From: Candidatus Eiseniibacteriota bacterium
GTDB taxonomy: Bacteria; Eisenbacteria; RBG-16-71-46
Reading direction: 5' to 3'
Length of the DNA: 64,000 bases
Assembly (NCBI GenBank): GCA_963744995.1
Contig: CAVUWA010000002.1
Location: 320,001 to 384,000 of the forward strand
The notes beneath the pieces were generated by a model. It was not told where the DNA came from and made no database searches. It worked only from the letters and a program-made list of their open reading frames with translations. A program made the translations under genes and the position numbers. Below are positions 18,537-30,813 of this stretch, one piece after another. Every line of letters begins with the position of its first letter. The stretch's first letter is position 1.

Positions 18537-19874
18537 TCAGTCTCCTGCCCGCTGCGCCGCGATGAACCTCCGGTACCACTCGCCGCTCGCTTTGATGGTG
18601 CGGCCCTGGGTCTCGAAGTCCACGTGAACCAGACCGAACCGTTTCGAGTAGCCGCTCGCCCATTCGAAGTTGTCGAGCAGCGACCAGACGAAGTAACCGC
18701 GCAGGTCCACGCCCTGCGCGATCGCGTCCGCGGCGGCGGCGAGGTGGTCTTCGAGGTAGCGCACGCGCAGCGGGTCGTCCACGCGGCCGTTCGGCGCATG
18801 CGGCGGGTCGGGGAACGCCGCGCCGTTCTCGGTGATGTAGACGGGCACGTCGCCATAGCGCTCCCGCACCCGCAGCAGCGTCTTCGTGAGGCCCGGGGCA
18901 TGGACCTCCCACCCGGTCTGCGTGTAGGTCGCGCCCGCGATGTGCGCGGGGCTCGCGTACGTGGGCCACGCCTCCGGGTCGTGACGGACGACCCGGCGCT
19001 GGTAGTAGTTGACGCCGAGAAAGTCGATCGGCGTGCGGATCTTCTCGAAGTCCTCCGCGGGCCAGTCCTGCCACGCGTCGCCGAACATCGCCCGCATCGG
19101 CTCCGGTGCGCCCCGGCCGAACACGGGATCCAGGTACTGCAGATTCTTGTACGCATCGTCCCGCCCGGTCGCAGCGACATCCTCGGCGGAATCGCTGGCC
19201 GGTTCCTTCGGCTCGAGATCCGCGACGATGCCGATTTCGTGGCGGCCGAGCGCGCGATAACGCTCGACGGCGGCGGCGTGCGAAAGCAGCAGCCGGTGGG
19301 TGACGATGGGCGGCTCGTAGCGGCTGCGATGCCCGGGCGCGTTCACCCCGTGCGTGTAACCGGCGTCGTTGATCACCCACGGCTCGTTGAGGGTGCACCA
19401 GAGCGGCACCCGGTCGTCGAACGCGCGGAACGCGACCTCGGCGAAGTCGGCGAACCACGCGGGCATGTCGGGGCTCAGCCAGCCGCCGCGATCATCGAGC
19501 GCCGCGGGCAGATCCCAGTGGTAGAGCGTCACCATGGGCCGGATGCCGTGTTCGAGCAGCGCATCGATGAGGCGCGAATAGAAGTCCAGCCCCGCCGGGT
19601 TCACGCGGCCGCGGCCTGCGGGGAGGATGCGGGTCCAGGCGATGCCGAAGCGATAGGCCGTGAGCCCGAGCCCGGCCATGAGCGCGATGTCGTCCTGCCA
19701 GCGCCGGTAGTGGTCGCAGGCGACGTCACCGGTCTGGCCCTCGAGCGTGCGGCCGGGCGTGTGCGCGAAGCGGTGCCAGGTGCCCATGCCGGCGCCATCG
19801 GCGAGCGGCGACCCCTCGATCTGGTACGAAGAGGTCGCCGCTCCCCACAGAAAATCCCTCGGGAACGCCGTCAT
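18537..19874 (-). CDS. GH1 beta-glucosidase
   Basis: FPRDFLWGAATSSYQIEG, acid/base motif TLNEP, nucleophile motif YITENG, WSLLDNFEW. Cytoplasmic, no signal peptide. Confidence 0.95.
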   Translation of the reverse strand: MTAFPRDFLWGAATSSYQIEGSPLADGAGMGTWHRFAHTPGRTLEGQTGDVACDHYRRWQDDIALMAGLGLTAYRFGIAWTRILPAGRGRVNPAGLDFYSRLIDALLEHGIRPMVTLYHWDLPAALDDRGGWLSPDMPAWFADFAEVAFRAFDDRVPLWCTLNEPWVINDAGYTHGVNAPGHRSRYEPPIVTHRLLLSHAAAVERYRALGRHEIGIVADLEPKEPASDSAEDVAATGRDDAYKNLQYLDPVFGRGAPEPMRAMFGDAWQDWPAEDFEKIRTPIDFLGVNYYQRRVVRHDPEAWPTYASPAHIAGATYTQTGWEVHAPGLTKTLLRVRERYGDVPVYITENGAAFPDPPHAPNGRVDDPLRVRYLEDHLAAAADAIAQGVDLRGYFVWSLLDNFEWASGYSKRFGLVHVDFETQGRTIKASGEWYRRFIAAQRAGD

Positions 19875-20193
19875 GGCGCGGGAGAGTAGAAGATCCGCGC
19901 GCGTCGCGCGACCACGCGGCAACGTGAGGCGGATGCGACCGGGGCGCCCGGCGCGCCGGGAGAGAGCCCGGCCACCTGGGGGATGCAGCACCCCATCCGC
20001 CTCACGGCGTCGCGTGATGGCCGCGGCGCACGAGGGACCCGATGCGCCCGGCCGAAAAAGCGGACCGCGCGGGCGTCATCCCAGCGAGCCCGCGCGGATC
20101 CGTGACGACGGAGCGCCGCTGCGACGCCTGCCCAGCCGGTCGCCGACGCCCCGCCGAGGACCGCCCCGGCCTGCGGCCGGAGCGGCGCCGCGG

Positions 20194-20676
20194 TCAGCCG
20201 AGCTCGCGGTGCAGCGTGTACTCCCCGCTGAACGGCCCGGCTGTCTTCCTGAAGTCGTCGAATTTCATTCGCACGACTTCATGGTGGTTGCCCGCCTGGA
20301 AATAGATGTCCGCGTGCTCGTGAAACTCGCTGTCGACGTACATTTCCATGTCGTACAGCCTTCCGAACGGGGGCATCGCGCCGACCTCACAGTCCGGGAA
20401 CAGCCAGCTCAACTCGTGTTCGGTGGCGAGCCGATCGAGTGAGCGCCCCGTCATGTAGATCAGCGTTCCCAGATCGACGTGTTCGGTCGCCGGCACCACG
20501 GTCATGATGAAGGCGCCCGTGGATTCGTGAACGACCACGACTTTCGCGAGCAGACTGCCCGCGACGTGGGTGGTCTGCGCCACCTTCTGAGCGGTGAACG
20601 CCTCACGGTGGGGCATGACCTCCCAGCCCACTTTGCGCTCCTTGAGGAGCTTCTGGAGACGACCCACGATAGCCAT
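20194..20676 (-). CDS. YbaK/EbsC-family aminoacyl-tRNA deacylase-like protein
   Basis: H..AFTAQ..A, LAKVVVV, LATEHEL..LFPDCEVGAMPPFG, FQAGNH. Preceded by an AGGAGG RBS. Confidence 0.88.
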   Translation of the reverse strand: MAIVGRLQKLLKERKVGWEVMPHREAFTAQKVAQTTHVAGSLLAKVVVVHESTGAFIMTVVPATEHVDLGTLIYMTGRSLDRLATEHELSWLFPDCEVGAMPPFGRLYDMEMYVDSEFHEHADIYFQAGNHHEVVRMKFDDFRKTAGPFSGEYTLHRELG

Positions 20677-21034
20677 GACCTCCTCCTTACCGCGCTCCCC
20701 GCAAAAGGCGGCGAGTTTTCGGCCTGTCCACGGGGAGCGACTGCAAATAGCGGGCCCGGGGACGGCGGATCGACGCGCCGCCGTAACGCGTGCCCGAGCA
20801 CGCGGATGAAGTTGCGGACGCCGGCCGGAACCGCCACCGCGGGAGCCGGCCCTGCCTGCCGCAGCGGCCGGAGACTGTCAGGCTGGCGCACGGAGTCCGG
20901 CGCCGGGAGCCACCGCCCGGCTCCGCTCTCGCGGACCGGGCGCCCGACCCGATCGACCGAAGCCCGCAGGCCTGCGGTGCCCATCGTACACCATGAGGGC
21001 TTGACCTTTTTTTTCGATCCTGTCTGATTTTTCC

Positions 21035-21063
21035 TTTACATCGCCCATCGCCCCCCGAACAAT
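21035..21063 (+). promoter_or_regulatory. Putative sigma70-type promoter for the 21124 gene
   Basis: TTTACA (21035-21040), a 17-nt spacer and AACAAT (21058-21063), preceded by a T-rich UP-like tract in an otherwise very GC-rich context. Confidence 0.5.
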
Positions 21064-21123
21064 GCGCGCGGCTTTCCGAAAACCAGGCTGAACCAGCAGA
21101 GAACCAGCAAGGAGCCCCCACTC

Positions 21124-23937
21124 ATGCCTTCTCGAAGGGTTTCACGCAGGATCGGATCCCGCCGCGTCGCTCTCTTCTCGACGTTCGTCACGCTGGCGGC
21201 CCTCGTCGTTCCCTCTCTCGCGGCGGCCTTCACGCCGTCCGGCCTTCTCGAGGTCCATCAGATCAACGTCGAGCAGGGCGACTGCACGCTGATCATCGGT
21301 CCCGACGGCACCACGGTGCTGATCGACGCCGGCAAGAACGGCAAGGGGACCGGTGAGGTCGTGCCGTATCTGGAAAGCCTCGGCCTCATGCCGGCAGACG
21401 GGCTCGACTACATGATCGCGACGCACGGCGACGCCGACCACGTCGGCGGGCTGGACGAGGTGATCAACGCCGGCTACGACGTCCACCACACGGTCTGGTA
21501 CAACGGCTCCGACAAGGTCACGCAGACGATCACCGACTTCTACAATGCCGCCGCCGGCACCTCGGCGGGGCCGGTGACGCCGATGCCGCTCGGCACGGTG
21601 ATCCAGCTCGGCAGCGGCGCGAAGGCAACCTGCGTGGCGGTCCACGGCGACGTGCTCGGCTATGGCTCCGTCGCCGGCGCCCTCAACAACGAAAACGACA
21701 TGTGCATCGCCATGCTGGTCCAGCACGGCGCGTTCGACTACATCACCGCCGGCGATCTGGGCGGTGGCGACGACGACGGCGCCTGCACCGGCCGCTCCAC
21801 CTCGCAGGTGAACGTGGAGACCGTGCTCGCCACGTCGCTCCTGCCCGGCGGCGGCGCAGGCCTGCTGACCGCGGACGGCGTCGAAGTCCTCGACGTCGAT
21901 CACCACGGCAGCGAATCCAGCACCAACAGCGACTACATGAACCTGCTGACTCCGACCGTCGCGGCGATCAACGTGGGCGCGGGCCAGGGCAGCAACTACC
22001 AGCATCCGCGCATCGCCGTGGTGGAAAACGTGCTCGGCGCGCAGGCGGCCTGCGTGACGGCCCCGGCGGCGCTCGTGCTGCAGACCGAAGAAGGCGACCC
22101 CGTCGGCTCGAACACCAGCTACGCCGGCTTCTGCGTCGGCGACATCGTGATCAGGACCTCCGGCGTCGGCACCTACGAGGTGAGCGGCACTGGCGCGGTC
22201 GACGAGGGGCCGGACGAGCGGGTTGCGGCCGGGATCTATCCCTCGGCAACGTTCGACCTCGACGGCGGCGGCGGCTCGGGCGGTACGCCGCTGGTCGTGA
22301 TCAACGAGATCATGCAGAACCCCGACGCCGTCACCGATGCCAACGGCGAGTGGCTCGAGCTCTACAACGCCGGCGCCTCCAGCGTGGACATCGGCGGCTG
22401 GACACTGCGCGACGACGGCAGCGACTCGCACGTGATCGCGGGCTCCCTGGTGATTCCGGCCGGCGGCTACGCCGTGCTCGGTCGCAACGGCGATCCGGGC
22501 ACCAACGGCGGTTACACGCCCGACTACGTGTACTCGGGCTTCACGCTCGCGAATACCGTGGACGAGATCGTGCTCGAGGACGGCAACGGTGCGATCGTGG
22601 ACCGCGTGGACTACACCGGGACCTCGCCCTGGCCGAATCCGACCGGCGCGTCCATGGAACTCGCCGCCACGAATCTCGACAACAACGTCGGCTCCAACTG
22701 GGCGCTCGCGACGACGCGCGGCGGCAGCTACAGCGGCGCCGGCGATTTCGGTACGCCGGGCGCCGCCAACGGCTCGGGTGGGGGAGGCGACATCACGCCT
22801 CCGACCGTGGCGGTCTCCGCGCCCGACGGCGGCGAGTCGTGGGAAGTCGGCTCGGTGCAGGCCATCACCTGGGGCGCGAGTGACGACGTGGGCGTGACGT
22901 CGGTGGACATTCTGTACTCGTCCACCGGCGCGGGCGGCAGCTACGCATCGATCGCCACCGGTGAGACCAACGACGGCACCTACGACTGGACCGTGCCCGA
23001 CGACGTCACGACCAATGCGTTCGTGAAGGTGATCGCGTACGACGCCGCTTCGAACTCGGCTGAGGATGTCTCGAACGCCGCGTTCAGCATCGCCGCGCCG
23101 GCACCCGCCGCGCTGGTGATCAACGAAGTCATGATGGACCCGGATGCCGTGAGCGACTCGCGCGGCGAGTGGTTCGAGCTCTACAACCCCGGCGGCAGCG
23201 GCGTCGACATCGACGGCTGGACGATCCGCGACGACGGCAGCGACTCGCACGTGATCTCGAACGGCGGGCCGCTGGTGGTGCCGGCCGGCGGTTACCTGGT
23301 GCTCGGTCGGAACGGCAGCAAGAATCGGAACGGTCACTACACGGCCGACTACGTGTACTCGAGCTTCACGCTCGCCAATACGTCCGACGAGGTCGTGCTG
23401 GTGGACGGCATGGGGACGGAGGTCGACCGCGTGAACTACACCGGATCGAGCCCGTGGCCGAGCCCCACCGGGGCGTCGATGGAGCTGATCAGCGCCGCAC
23501 TCGACAACAACGTCGGCGGCAGCTGGGCGGTGGCGGTGGCGCGCGGCGGCAGCTACACCGGCAACGGCGATCTGGGTACGCCCGGCGCGGCCAACAGCGT
23601 CTCCGGCGGCGCCGGACCGATGGCGGCCTTCTACGCGCCGCCGAGCATCGAGCGGCCGCTCGCGTACTCGCTCGGGCGGAACACGCCGAATCCATTCAGT
23701 GCCGGCACCACGATCCGCTACGCGGTGCCCGAGCGGGCGGAGGTCAGAATCGAGATCTTCGACCTGCAGGGCCGGCGCGTCGTCGTGCTCGTGAACGGTT
23801 CGATCGATGCCGGCTACCACGACGTGTCGTGGAACGGCGTAGACGCCTCCGGCCGGCCGGCGATCAGCGGCGTGTACTTCGCGCGCATGAAGACCGATGG
23901 CTACGAGAGCGTCAGGCGGATCATGCTCGCGCGGTAA
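21124..23937 (+). CDS. Secreted ComEC/Rec2-like metallo-beta-lactamase-fold hydrolase with two lamin-tail domains, an Ig-like domain and a FlgD-like CTD
   Basis: INVEQGDCTLI, LIDAG, THGDADHVGG (HxDxDH), TAGD and DHHGS. Two LTD copies (VINEIM.NP....D..GEW.ELYN). CTD: PNPFS...IFDLQGRRV...WNG.D..G....SGVYF. Confidence 0.82.
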   Translation: MPSRRVSRRIGSRRVALFSTFVTLAALVVPSLAAAFTPSGLLEVHQINVEQGDCTLIIGPDGTTVLIDAGKNGKGTGEVVPYLESLGLMPADGLDYMIATHGDADHVGGLDEVINAGYDVHHTVWYNGSDKVTQTITDFYNAAAGTSAGPVTPMPLGTVIQLGSGAKATCVAVHGDVLGYGSVAGALNNENDMCIAMLVQHGAFDYITAGDLGGGDDDGACTGRSTSQVNVETVLATSLLPGGGAGLLTADGVEVLDVDHHGSESSTNSDYMNLLTPTVAAINVGAGQGSNYQHPRIAVVENVLGAQAACVTAPAALVLQTEEGDPVGSNTSYAGFCVGDIVIRTSGVGTYEVSGTGAVDEGPDERVAAGIYPSATFDLDGGGGSGGTPLVVINEIMQNPDAVTDANGEWLELYNAGASSVDIGGWTLRDDGSDSHVIAGSLVIPAGGYAVLGRNGDPGTNGGYTPDYVYSGFTLANTVDEIVLEDGNGAIVDRVDYTGTSPWPNPTGASMELAATNLDNNVGSNWALATTRGGSYSGAGDFGTPGAANGSGGGGDITPPTVAVSAPDGGESWEVGSVQAITWGASDDVGVTSVDILYSSTGAGGSYASIATGETNDGTYDWTVPDDVTTNAFVKVIAYDAASNSAEDVSNAAFSIAAPAPAALVINEVMMDPDAVSDSRGEWFELYNPGGSGVDIDGWTIRDDGSDSHVISNGGPLVVPAGGYLVLGRNGSKNRNGHYTADYVYSSFTLANTSDEVVLVDGMGTEVDRVNYTGSSPWPSPTGASMELISAALDNNVGGSWAVAVARGGSYTGNGDLGTPGAANSVSGGAGPMAAFYAPPSIERPLAYSLGRNTPNPFSAGTTIRYAVPERAEVRIEIFDLQGRRVVVLVNGSIDAGYHDVSWNGVDASGRPAISGVYFARMKTDGYESVRRIMLAR
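22291..23596 (+). repeat. Intragenic duplication of a lamin-tail domain (~22291-22770 and ~23113-23596)
   Basis: Near-identical stretches at both protein and DNA level (e.g. gacgacggcagcgactcgcacgtgatc in both copies). Confidence 0.85.
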
Positions 23938-23966
23938 CGGGGCTCGACCGCTGTCCTGATGAAACG

Positions 23967-23996
23967 GGTGGCGGCCGCCTGCGGGCGGCCGCCATT
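23967..23996 (+). terminator. Stem-loop, probable terminator
   Basis: tggcggccgcc-tgcg-ggcggccgcca, a perfect 11-bp stem about 30 nt after the stop. The U-tract is weak. Confidence 0.55.
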
Positions 23997-24271
23997 GCGT
24001 TGCAGGAGCGAGCTTTTCACCCTGCGCGCCGCCATGGGGGCGCTCTGACGTAAAGTGCCCCTGGCGAGGCGGTTCGGAGGCCGGCCCTTCCCTGGATTCC
24101 CCGCACTCCGGCTGGCGCCGCCTTTTGATGGACCCGGGCGGCTCGACGAGGCGTATCATTGCTGCAGGCCGCCTCCGCGGCCACGATTCCCACGGCAGAG
24201 GGTTCCACCGGCGCATCAGGCTACCGACTCGAGTTCGTCGTCCGATCATCACCTCAGACGGAGCCTCCCCG

Positions 24272-26263
24272 ATGCCGCCTCTCAAGTGCCTTGCCTGCCT
24301 CTCGGCCGTCGTGGCCGCGATCCTCGCCCCTTCCGTCGCTCATGCCGCATGGACACCCGGTGGCGTTCCGCTGGCCCAGGCGAGCTTCTCCTTCGGCCAC
24401 ACCGTCGTCGAGGACACCCAGGGCGGGGTGCTCACCTTCTGGTCGCAACTCTTCGTGTCGCAATCCGATCTGTCCGCTTCGCGCGTGCTCGACGACGGGA
24501 CGCCGTCGGCCGCGTTGCCGCTGGCCGGCGCCGTGGTGGGCAGCCCGACCTTCATCGCCCCGTTCACACTCGCCACGCCGGTCGGCGGGGATCTGTTCGT
24601 GGCGGCCTACAACCCGCTGCTGAACGCTCAGAACCACAGCATGCAGATGTTCCGTCTGCACCCGGACGGGACCCTGGCGGCCGGATGTCCCGACACGGGG
24701 CAACGCGTCGTTAGCGGCTTTCGGCCGATCATTCCCAGGCTCGACGCGGACGGCACCGGTGGCGCGGTGCTGGCCTGGTTCGAGCGGCAGCCGGGCCCGA
24801 TCACGGTGCCGCTGACCTCGGTGAACGACCTGCGCGTGCTGCGGATCGCCGCCGATGGGAGTCCTGCTCCGGGCTGGCCGTTCAACGGTGTGCTGCTCTC
24901 CGCCCCGCTGCCGGGAACGACACCGGTTCTGTACACACTTGCCATCGCGGTCGCGCGCGACGGCGCCGGCGGCATGTTCGTCGCGTGGCAGGACTCGTCG
25001 GACGGAATCGGCGACGTCTACGTGCAGCACGTGGACGGCACGGGGCAGATCGTCCCGGGATGGCCGGTGGCCGGGCGGGCGGTGTGCAGCGTGGCCTCAC
25101 TCAAGTACCAGCTGCAGCTGATCCGCGATGACGCAGGCGGTGTGTACGTCGCATGGAGCGAGCATCGCGGACCCGAGTACGCGGCATATCTCACGCATCT
25201 CACCGCAACGGGAACCGACGCGCCCGGCTGGCCGGCGGCGGGGGCGCAGGTTTCGGGAACGGGCGTGCCCGCGAATCTGGGCCGGCTCGCGCGTGATGCG
25301 AGCGGCGGGGCGATCGTCGGGTACCTCGAGTACCGGAACGGAATGCCGCCCGGTGTGTATGCGAAGCGCTATCTCGCGAACGGCAGCGTGGTAGCGGGCT
25401 GGGAGGGCGGCGCGCCGGTGGTCGAGAATCCGACGGGGGACGATCTCGCCGACATGCTGCCGGACGGTGCGGGCGGGGCGTTCTTCCTCACCGGCGGCGC
25501 GCCGGGCGCATCGACGCGGCACGACGGGCTCACCGCCTTCGCGCTCGATGCAACCGGGGCCCACGCGGCCGGCCTCCCGGCCGCCGGGCTGCCGATCACT
25601 GCGGCCACGGTCACCGAAGCGCAGCTGCTGCCGGCGGAGTCCGGTTCGGCGATCGCGACCTGGCGCGTGGACGCGGTGTATCCGATCGATCTGCGCGGCT
25701 TCAAGTTCTCGATCGATCGGCCGACGCCCGTGCAGGCGTCGCTGGTGAGCGCCACGGCAGAGCCGGGACGCGTGCGGATCGAGTGGCGGCTCACCGAGTC
25801 GGACGTGACCAGCGTCGACATCGAACGCAGAGCCCGCCCCGGCGAATGGACCAGGATCGGCTCGGTGCGCGTCGATGGCGTGGGACGCGCCGTCATCGAG
25901 GACACCGCGGCGCCGCAGGGCGAGGTCGACTACCGCATGGTCGTGCGGACGCCGGGCGGCGAACTGCGACTCGGCGAAGTCGAGGTCACGGTGCCTGCGC
26001 CGTTCACCCTGGCGCTCGGCGTGCAGCCGAATCCCGCACGCCGCGGCCGGCTCGAGCTGAGCTTCACGCTGCCCGAGGCGGCACCGGTGCGGATCGAGGT
26101 GCTCGACGTCTCGGGGCGCCTCGTCGCGCACGAAGTCGAGGCGATGCTTCCGGCCGGGGCGCATCTGCGCAGTGTCGGCGCCGCTCTCGCGCCCGGCGTC
26201 TACATGGTGCGGCTGGTGCAGGGCGGGCGGTCGATCGTGCAGCGGGCGGTGGTGATGGAGTGA
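24272..26263 (+). CDS. Secreted repeat (beta-propeller-like) protein with C-terminal T9SS/FlgD-like domain
   Basis: Signal peptide ending AHA. Repeated 'D(G/A)(A/T/S)GG.(F/Y)VAW' and 'PGWP..G' units. CTD: QPNPAR...VLDVSGRLV...APGVYMVRL. Confidence 0.72.
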   Translation: MPPLKCLACLSAVVAAILAPSVAHAAWTPGGVPLAQASFSFGHTVVEDTQGGVLTFWSQLFVSQSDLSASRVLDDGTPSAALPLAGAVVGSPTFIAPFTLATPVGGDLFVAAYNPLLNAQNHSMQMFRLHPDGTLAAGCPDTGQRVVSGFRPIIPRLDADGTGGAVLAWFERQPGPITVPLTSVNDLRVLRIAADGSPAPGWPFNGVLLSAPLPGTTPVLYTLAIAVARDGAGGMFVAWQDSSDGIGDVYVQHVDGTGQIVPGWPVAGRAVCSVASLKYQLQLIRDDAGGVYVAWSEHRGPEYAAYLTHLTATGTDAPGWPAAGAQVSGTGVPANLGRLARDASGGAIVGYLEYRNGMPPGVYAKRYLANGSVVAGWEGGAPVVENPTGDDLADMLPDGAGGAFFLTGGAPGASTRHDGLTAFALDATGAHAAGLPAAGLPITAATVTEAQLLPAESGSAIATWRVDAVYPIDLRGFKFSIDRPTPVQASLVSATAEPGRVRIEWRLTESDVTSVDIERRARPGEWTRIGSVRVDGVGRAVIEDTAAPQGEVDYRMVVRTPGGELRLGEVEVTVPAPFTLALGVQPNPARRGRLELSFTLPEAAPVRIEVLDVSGRLVAHEVEAMLPAGAHLRSVGAALAPGVYMVRLVQGGRSIVQRAVVME

Positions 26264-26745
26264 CGGGGACGGTTCGCGGTGGCGCGGACCCCGAGCCGCG
26301 GGCGGGCGGCCGGCGGGTGCATCCGAACGGCGTGCCGGGTCCTGCGCCTGCGCTTCGCACGATGCTGCCGGCCTTCGTGACGGGCATCGGCATCGTGTAC
26401 GCATCGAGGCTGATCCTGCGGGTGCCCTTCGGACGTCCCTCCGAGTTGCTGCTGCTCTTCGGCCGCGCGACGATCACGTTCCTGACGCCCGGCTACCGCC
26501 TCACGACACCCGTCGTGTCCGCCCTCGTCGGTCCGATGGACCTGCATCCCGTCATGTGGCACGTCGCGCTCCTGAGTGCGGTGGCGAACGGGATCGCCTA
26601 TGTCCTCGTGTGGTGGATCGTCGGCCTCAGCGGCTCGGGACACCGGTGGCTGCTCGTCCCGGTCGGGCTGGCGATCCTCGCCTGGGCCGCGTGGAACTTC
26701 GGTCCGCCGATCTTCTGGCTGGCGCTGGAGGGGGCCGGGAGCTGA
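26260..26745 (+). CDS. Hypothetical membrane protein
   Basis: GTG overlapping the previous stop (alternative ATG at 26362). Three to four hydrophobic segments. Confidence 0.5.
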   Translation: MTGTVRGGADPEPRAGGRRVHPNGVPGPAPALRTMLPAFVTGIGIVYASRLILRVPFGRPSELLLLFGRATITFLTPGYRLTTPVVSALVGPMDLHPVMWHVALLSAVANGIAYVLVWWIVGLSGSGHRWLLVPVGLAILAWAAWNFGPPIFWLALEGAGS

Positions 26746-26837
26746 GCCCGTGCGACGCTCTGCATCAGGGGTCCGAACTGGCAACGCCGCCCTCACCCTG
26801 CTAATTTCCGGGGTTCAACCTCTTCCGGAGTGCGCAT

Positions 26838-29221
<2,384 letters not shown>

Positions 29222-29225
<4 letters not shown>

Positions 29226-29938
29226 GCGCGCCGCCCGTGGTCGCCCGCACCCGGATCTCGTTCACGGTGAACGGCCGCCGCCACACGGTCGAGACGCACG
29301 CGATGAAGCGGCTGCTCGACGTGCTGCGCGAAGAATGCGGCCTCACCGGCACCAAGGAGGGCTGCGGCGAGGGCGAGTGCGGGGCATGTACCGTGCTCAT
29401 GAACGGCGTCAGCGTGAATTCCTGTCTCGTCCCCGCGATTCAGGCCGAGGGCGCCGGGCTCGTCACCGTAGAAGGCCTCGCCCGCGGGAAAGCGCTGTCG
29501 GCGCTGCAGAGCGCATTCGTGGACATGGGTGGTGCGCAGTGCGGCATCTGCACGCCCGGCATGCTGCTCTCCGCCCACGAGCTGATCGAGCGCAGCGCCG
29601 GCCGCGTCCCCGGCGATCAGGAGGTGCGCGACGCGCTCGCCGGCAACCTGTGCCGCTGCACCGGGTACCAGAAGATCGTGGATGCCGTGCGCGCCGCGGC
29701 GCGCGCCGCTTCCGCGGCGAAGCGCCGCGCGCCGAAGCGCCGGGCGCCCGGCCGCGGGGCGCCGGAGCGCAAGGACGCCCCCGGGCCGAAACGCGCTCCG
29801 CGCCGCAAGCGCGCGCCGGGCAGGAAGAAGAAAGCCGCGCCGAAGAAGGCCGCCACGCGGAAGAAAGGCTCCGCGCGCGCGCGGAAAGCGACCGGCGCGC
29901 GCGGGGCACGGCGCGTGCAGGCGAGGCGGCACCGGTGA
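29222..29938 (+). CDS. Xanthine dehydrogenase-family 2Fe-2S subunit with long basic C-terminal tail
   Basis: GTKEGCGEGECGACTV...SC, QCGICTPG and GNLCRCTGY, followed by an ~80-aa K/R/A/P-rich tail. Confidence 0.93.
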
Positions 29939-30813
29939 GAACCGCGGTTTCCACGCTCGAGGTGCTGCGCCCGCGCACGCTGGACGAGGCGCTCGAGATG
30001 CTGCATGAATCGATCGCCACCGAACGCGCGATCCCGCTCGCCGGCGGCACCGACCTGTTCGTGTACCTCAACGCCGGAACGCAAGCCGGGCGGCGCTTTC
30101 TCGACCTGTCCAGGGTGCGCGAGCTCACCGGAATCCGCGAGGGCGATGACGGACTGCGTGTCGGTGCGCTCGCGACGTTCACGGAGATCCGCACGCATCC
30201 GCTGGTGCGCCGCCGCCTGCCGATGCTCGCCGCCGCGGCGGCGGTGGTCGGAGCGCTGCAGATCCAGAATCGAGCGACCCTCGCCGGCAACATCGCCAAC
30301 GCCTCGCCGGCAGGGGACTCGCTGCCGGTGCTGCTCGCGCACGACGCCGTGGTGCGGGCGCGCTCGGTGCGCGGCACGCGCCTCGTGCGCTTCGAGAATC
30401 TGTTTCGCGGCTATCGCGACCTCGATTTGGAACCCGACGAGTTGATCGCGGACGTGATCGTGCTGTTCCCGCCGCCACGCACCGCGACGCTGTTCCGCAA
30501 GGTCGGCACGCGGCGGGCGCAGAGCATCTCGAAGGTGGTCTTCGCCGGGGCGCTGCACGTCGACGCCGGCGGCGCCGCCGATCACGTGCGGCTTGCGTTC
30601 GGCAGCGTGGCGCCGACGCCGGTGCGCGCCTACGAAGCCGAGCAGGTGCTGCTCGGCCGCCAGCCGTCGTCGTCGGCCGCCCAGGCGGCGCTCGAGGCGC
30701 TCGGTCACGACATCGCGCCGATCGACGACATCCGCTCGGACCGTGAATACCGCATGGCGATCGCCGCCAACGTGCTCGCGCAGTTCCTGCGCCACGCGGG
30801 CTACGCGCTGTAG
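29935..30813 (+). CDS. Xanthine dehydrogenase-family FAD-binding subunit
   Basis: P.TLDEAL, AGGTDL, QIQNRATLAGNIANASPAGD, PIDDIRSDREYR. Confidence 0.92.
   Translation: MRTAVSTLEVLRPRTLDEALEMLHESIATERAIPLAGGTDLFVYLNAGTQAGRRFLDLSRVRELTGIREGDDGLRVGALATFTEIRTHPLVRRRLPMLAAAAAVVGALQIQNRATLAGNIANASPAGDSLPVLLAHDAVVRARSVRGTRLVRFENLFRGYRDLDLEPDELIADVIVLFPPPRTATLFRKVGTRRAQSISKVVFAGALHVDAGGAADHVRLAFGSVAPTPVRAYEAEQVLLGRQPSSSAAQAALEALGHDIAPIDDIRSDREYRMAIAANVLAQFLRHAGYAL

Noticed and set aside
20680..21000. Intergenic region as a riboswitch/ncRNA or small ORF (also 19880-20190, 30815-31085, 35985-36260)
   Set aside because: No recognisable conserved RNA motif, and the ORFs there have shadow-like composition. 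An Rfam search would be needed.
22291..23596. Near-identical repeats as a possible diversity-generating retroelement TR/VR pair (also 50850-51763 and 53690-54990)
   Set aside because: The copies are in-frame domain duplications, the differences are not adenine-specific, and no reverse transcriptase is in the window.
23955..23966. CTGATGA resembling a hammerhead ribozyme core
   Set aside because: No stem II followed by GAAA and no flanking stems. The adjacent hairpin is better explained as a terminator.
29700..29900. Short repeated gcgccg/aag units as a possible CRISPR or tandem array
   Set aside because: Irregular, with no constant repeat-spacer period. They encode the low-complexity basic protein tail.
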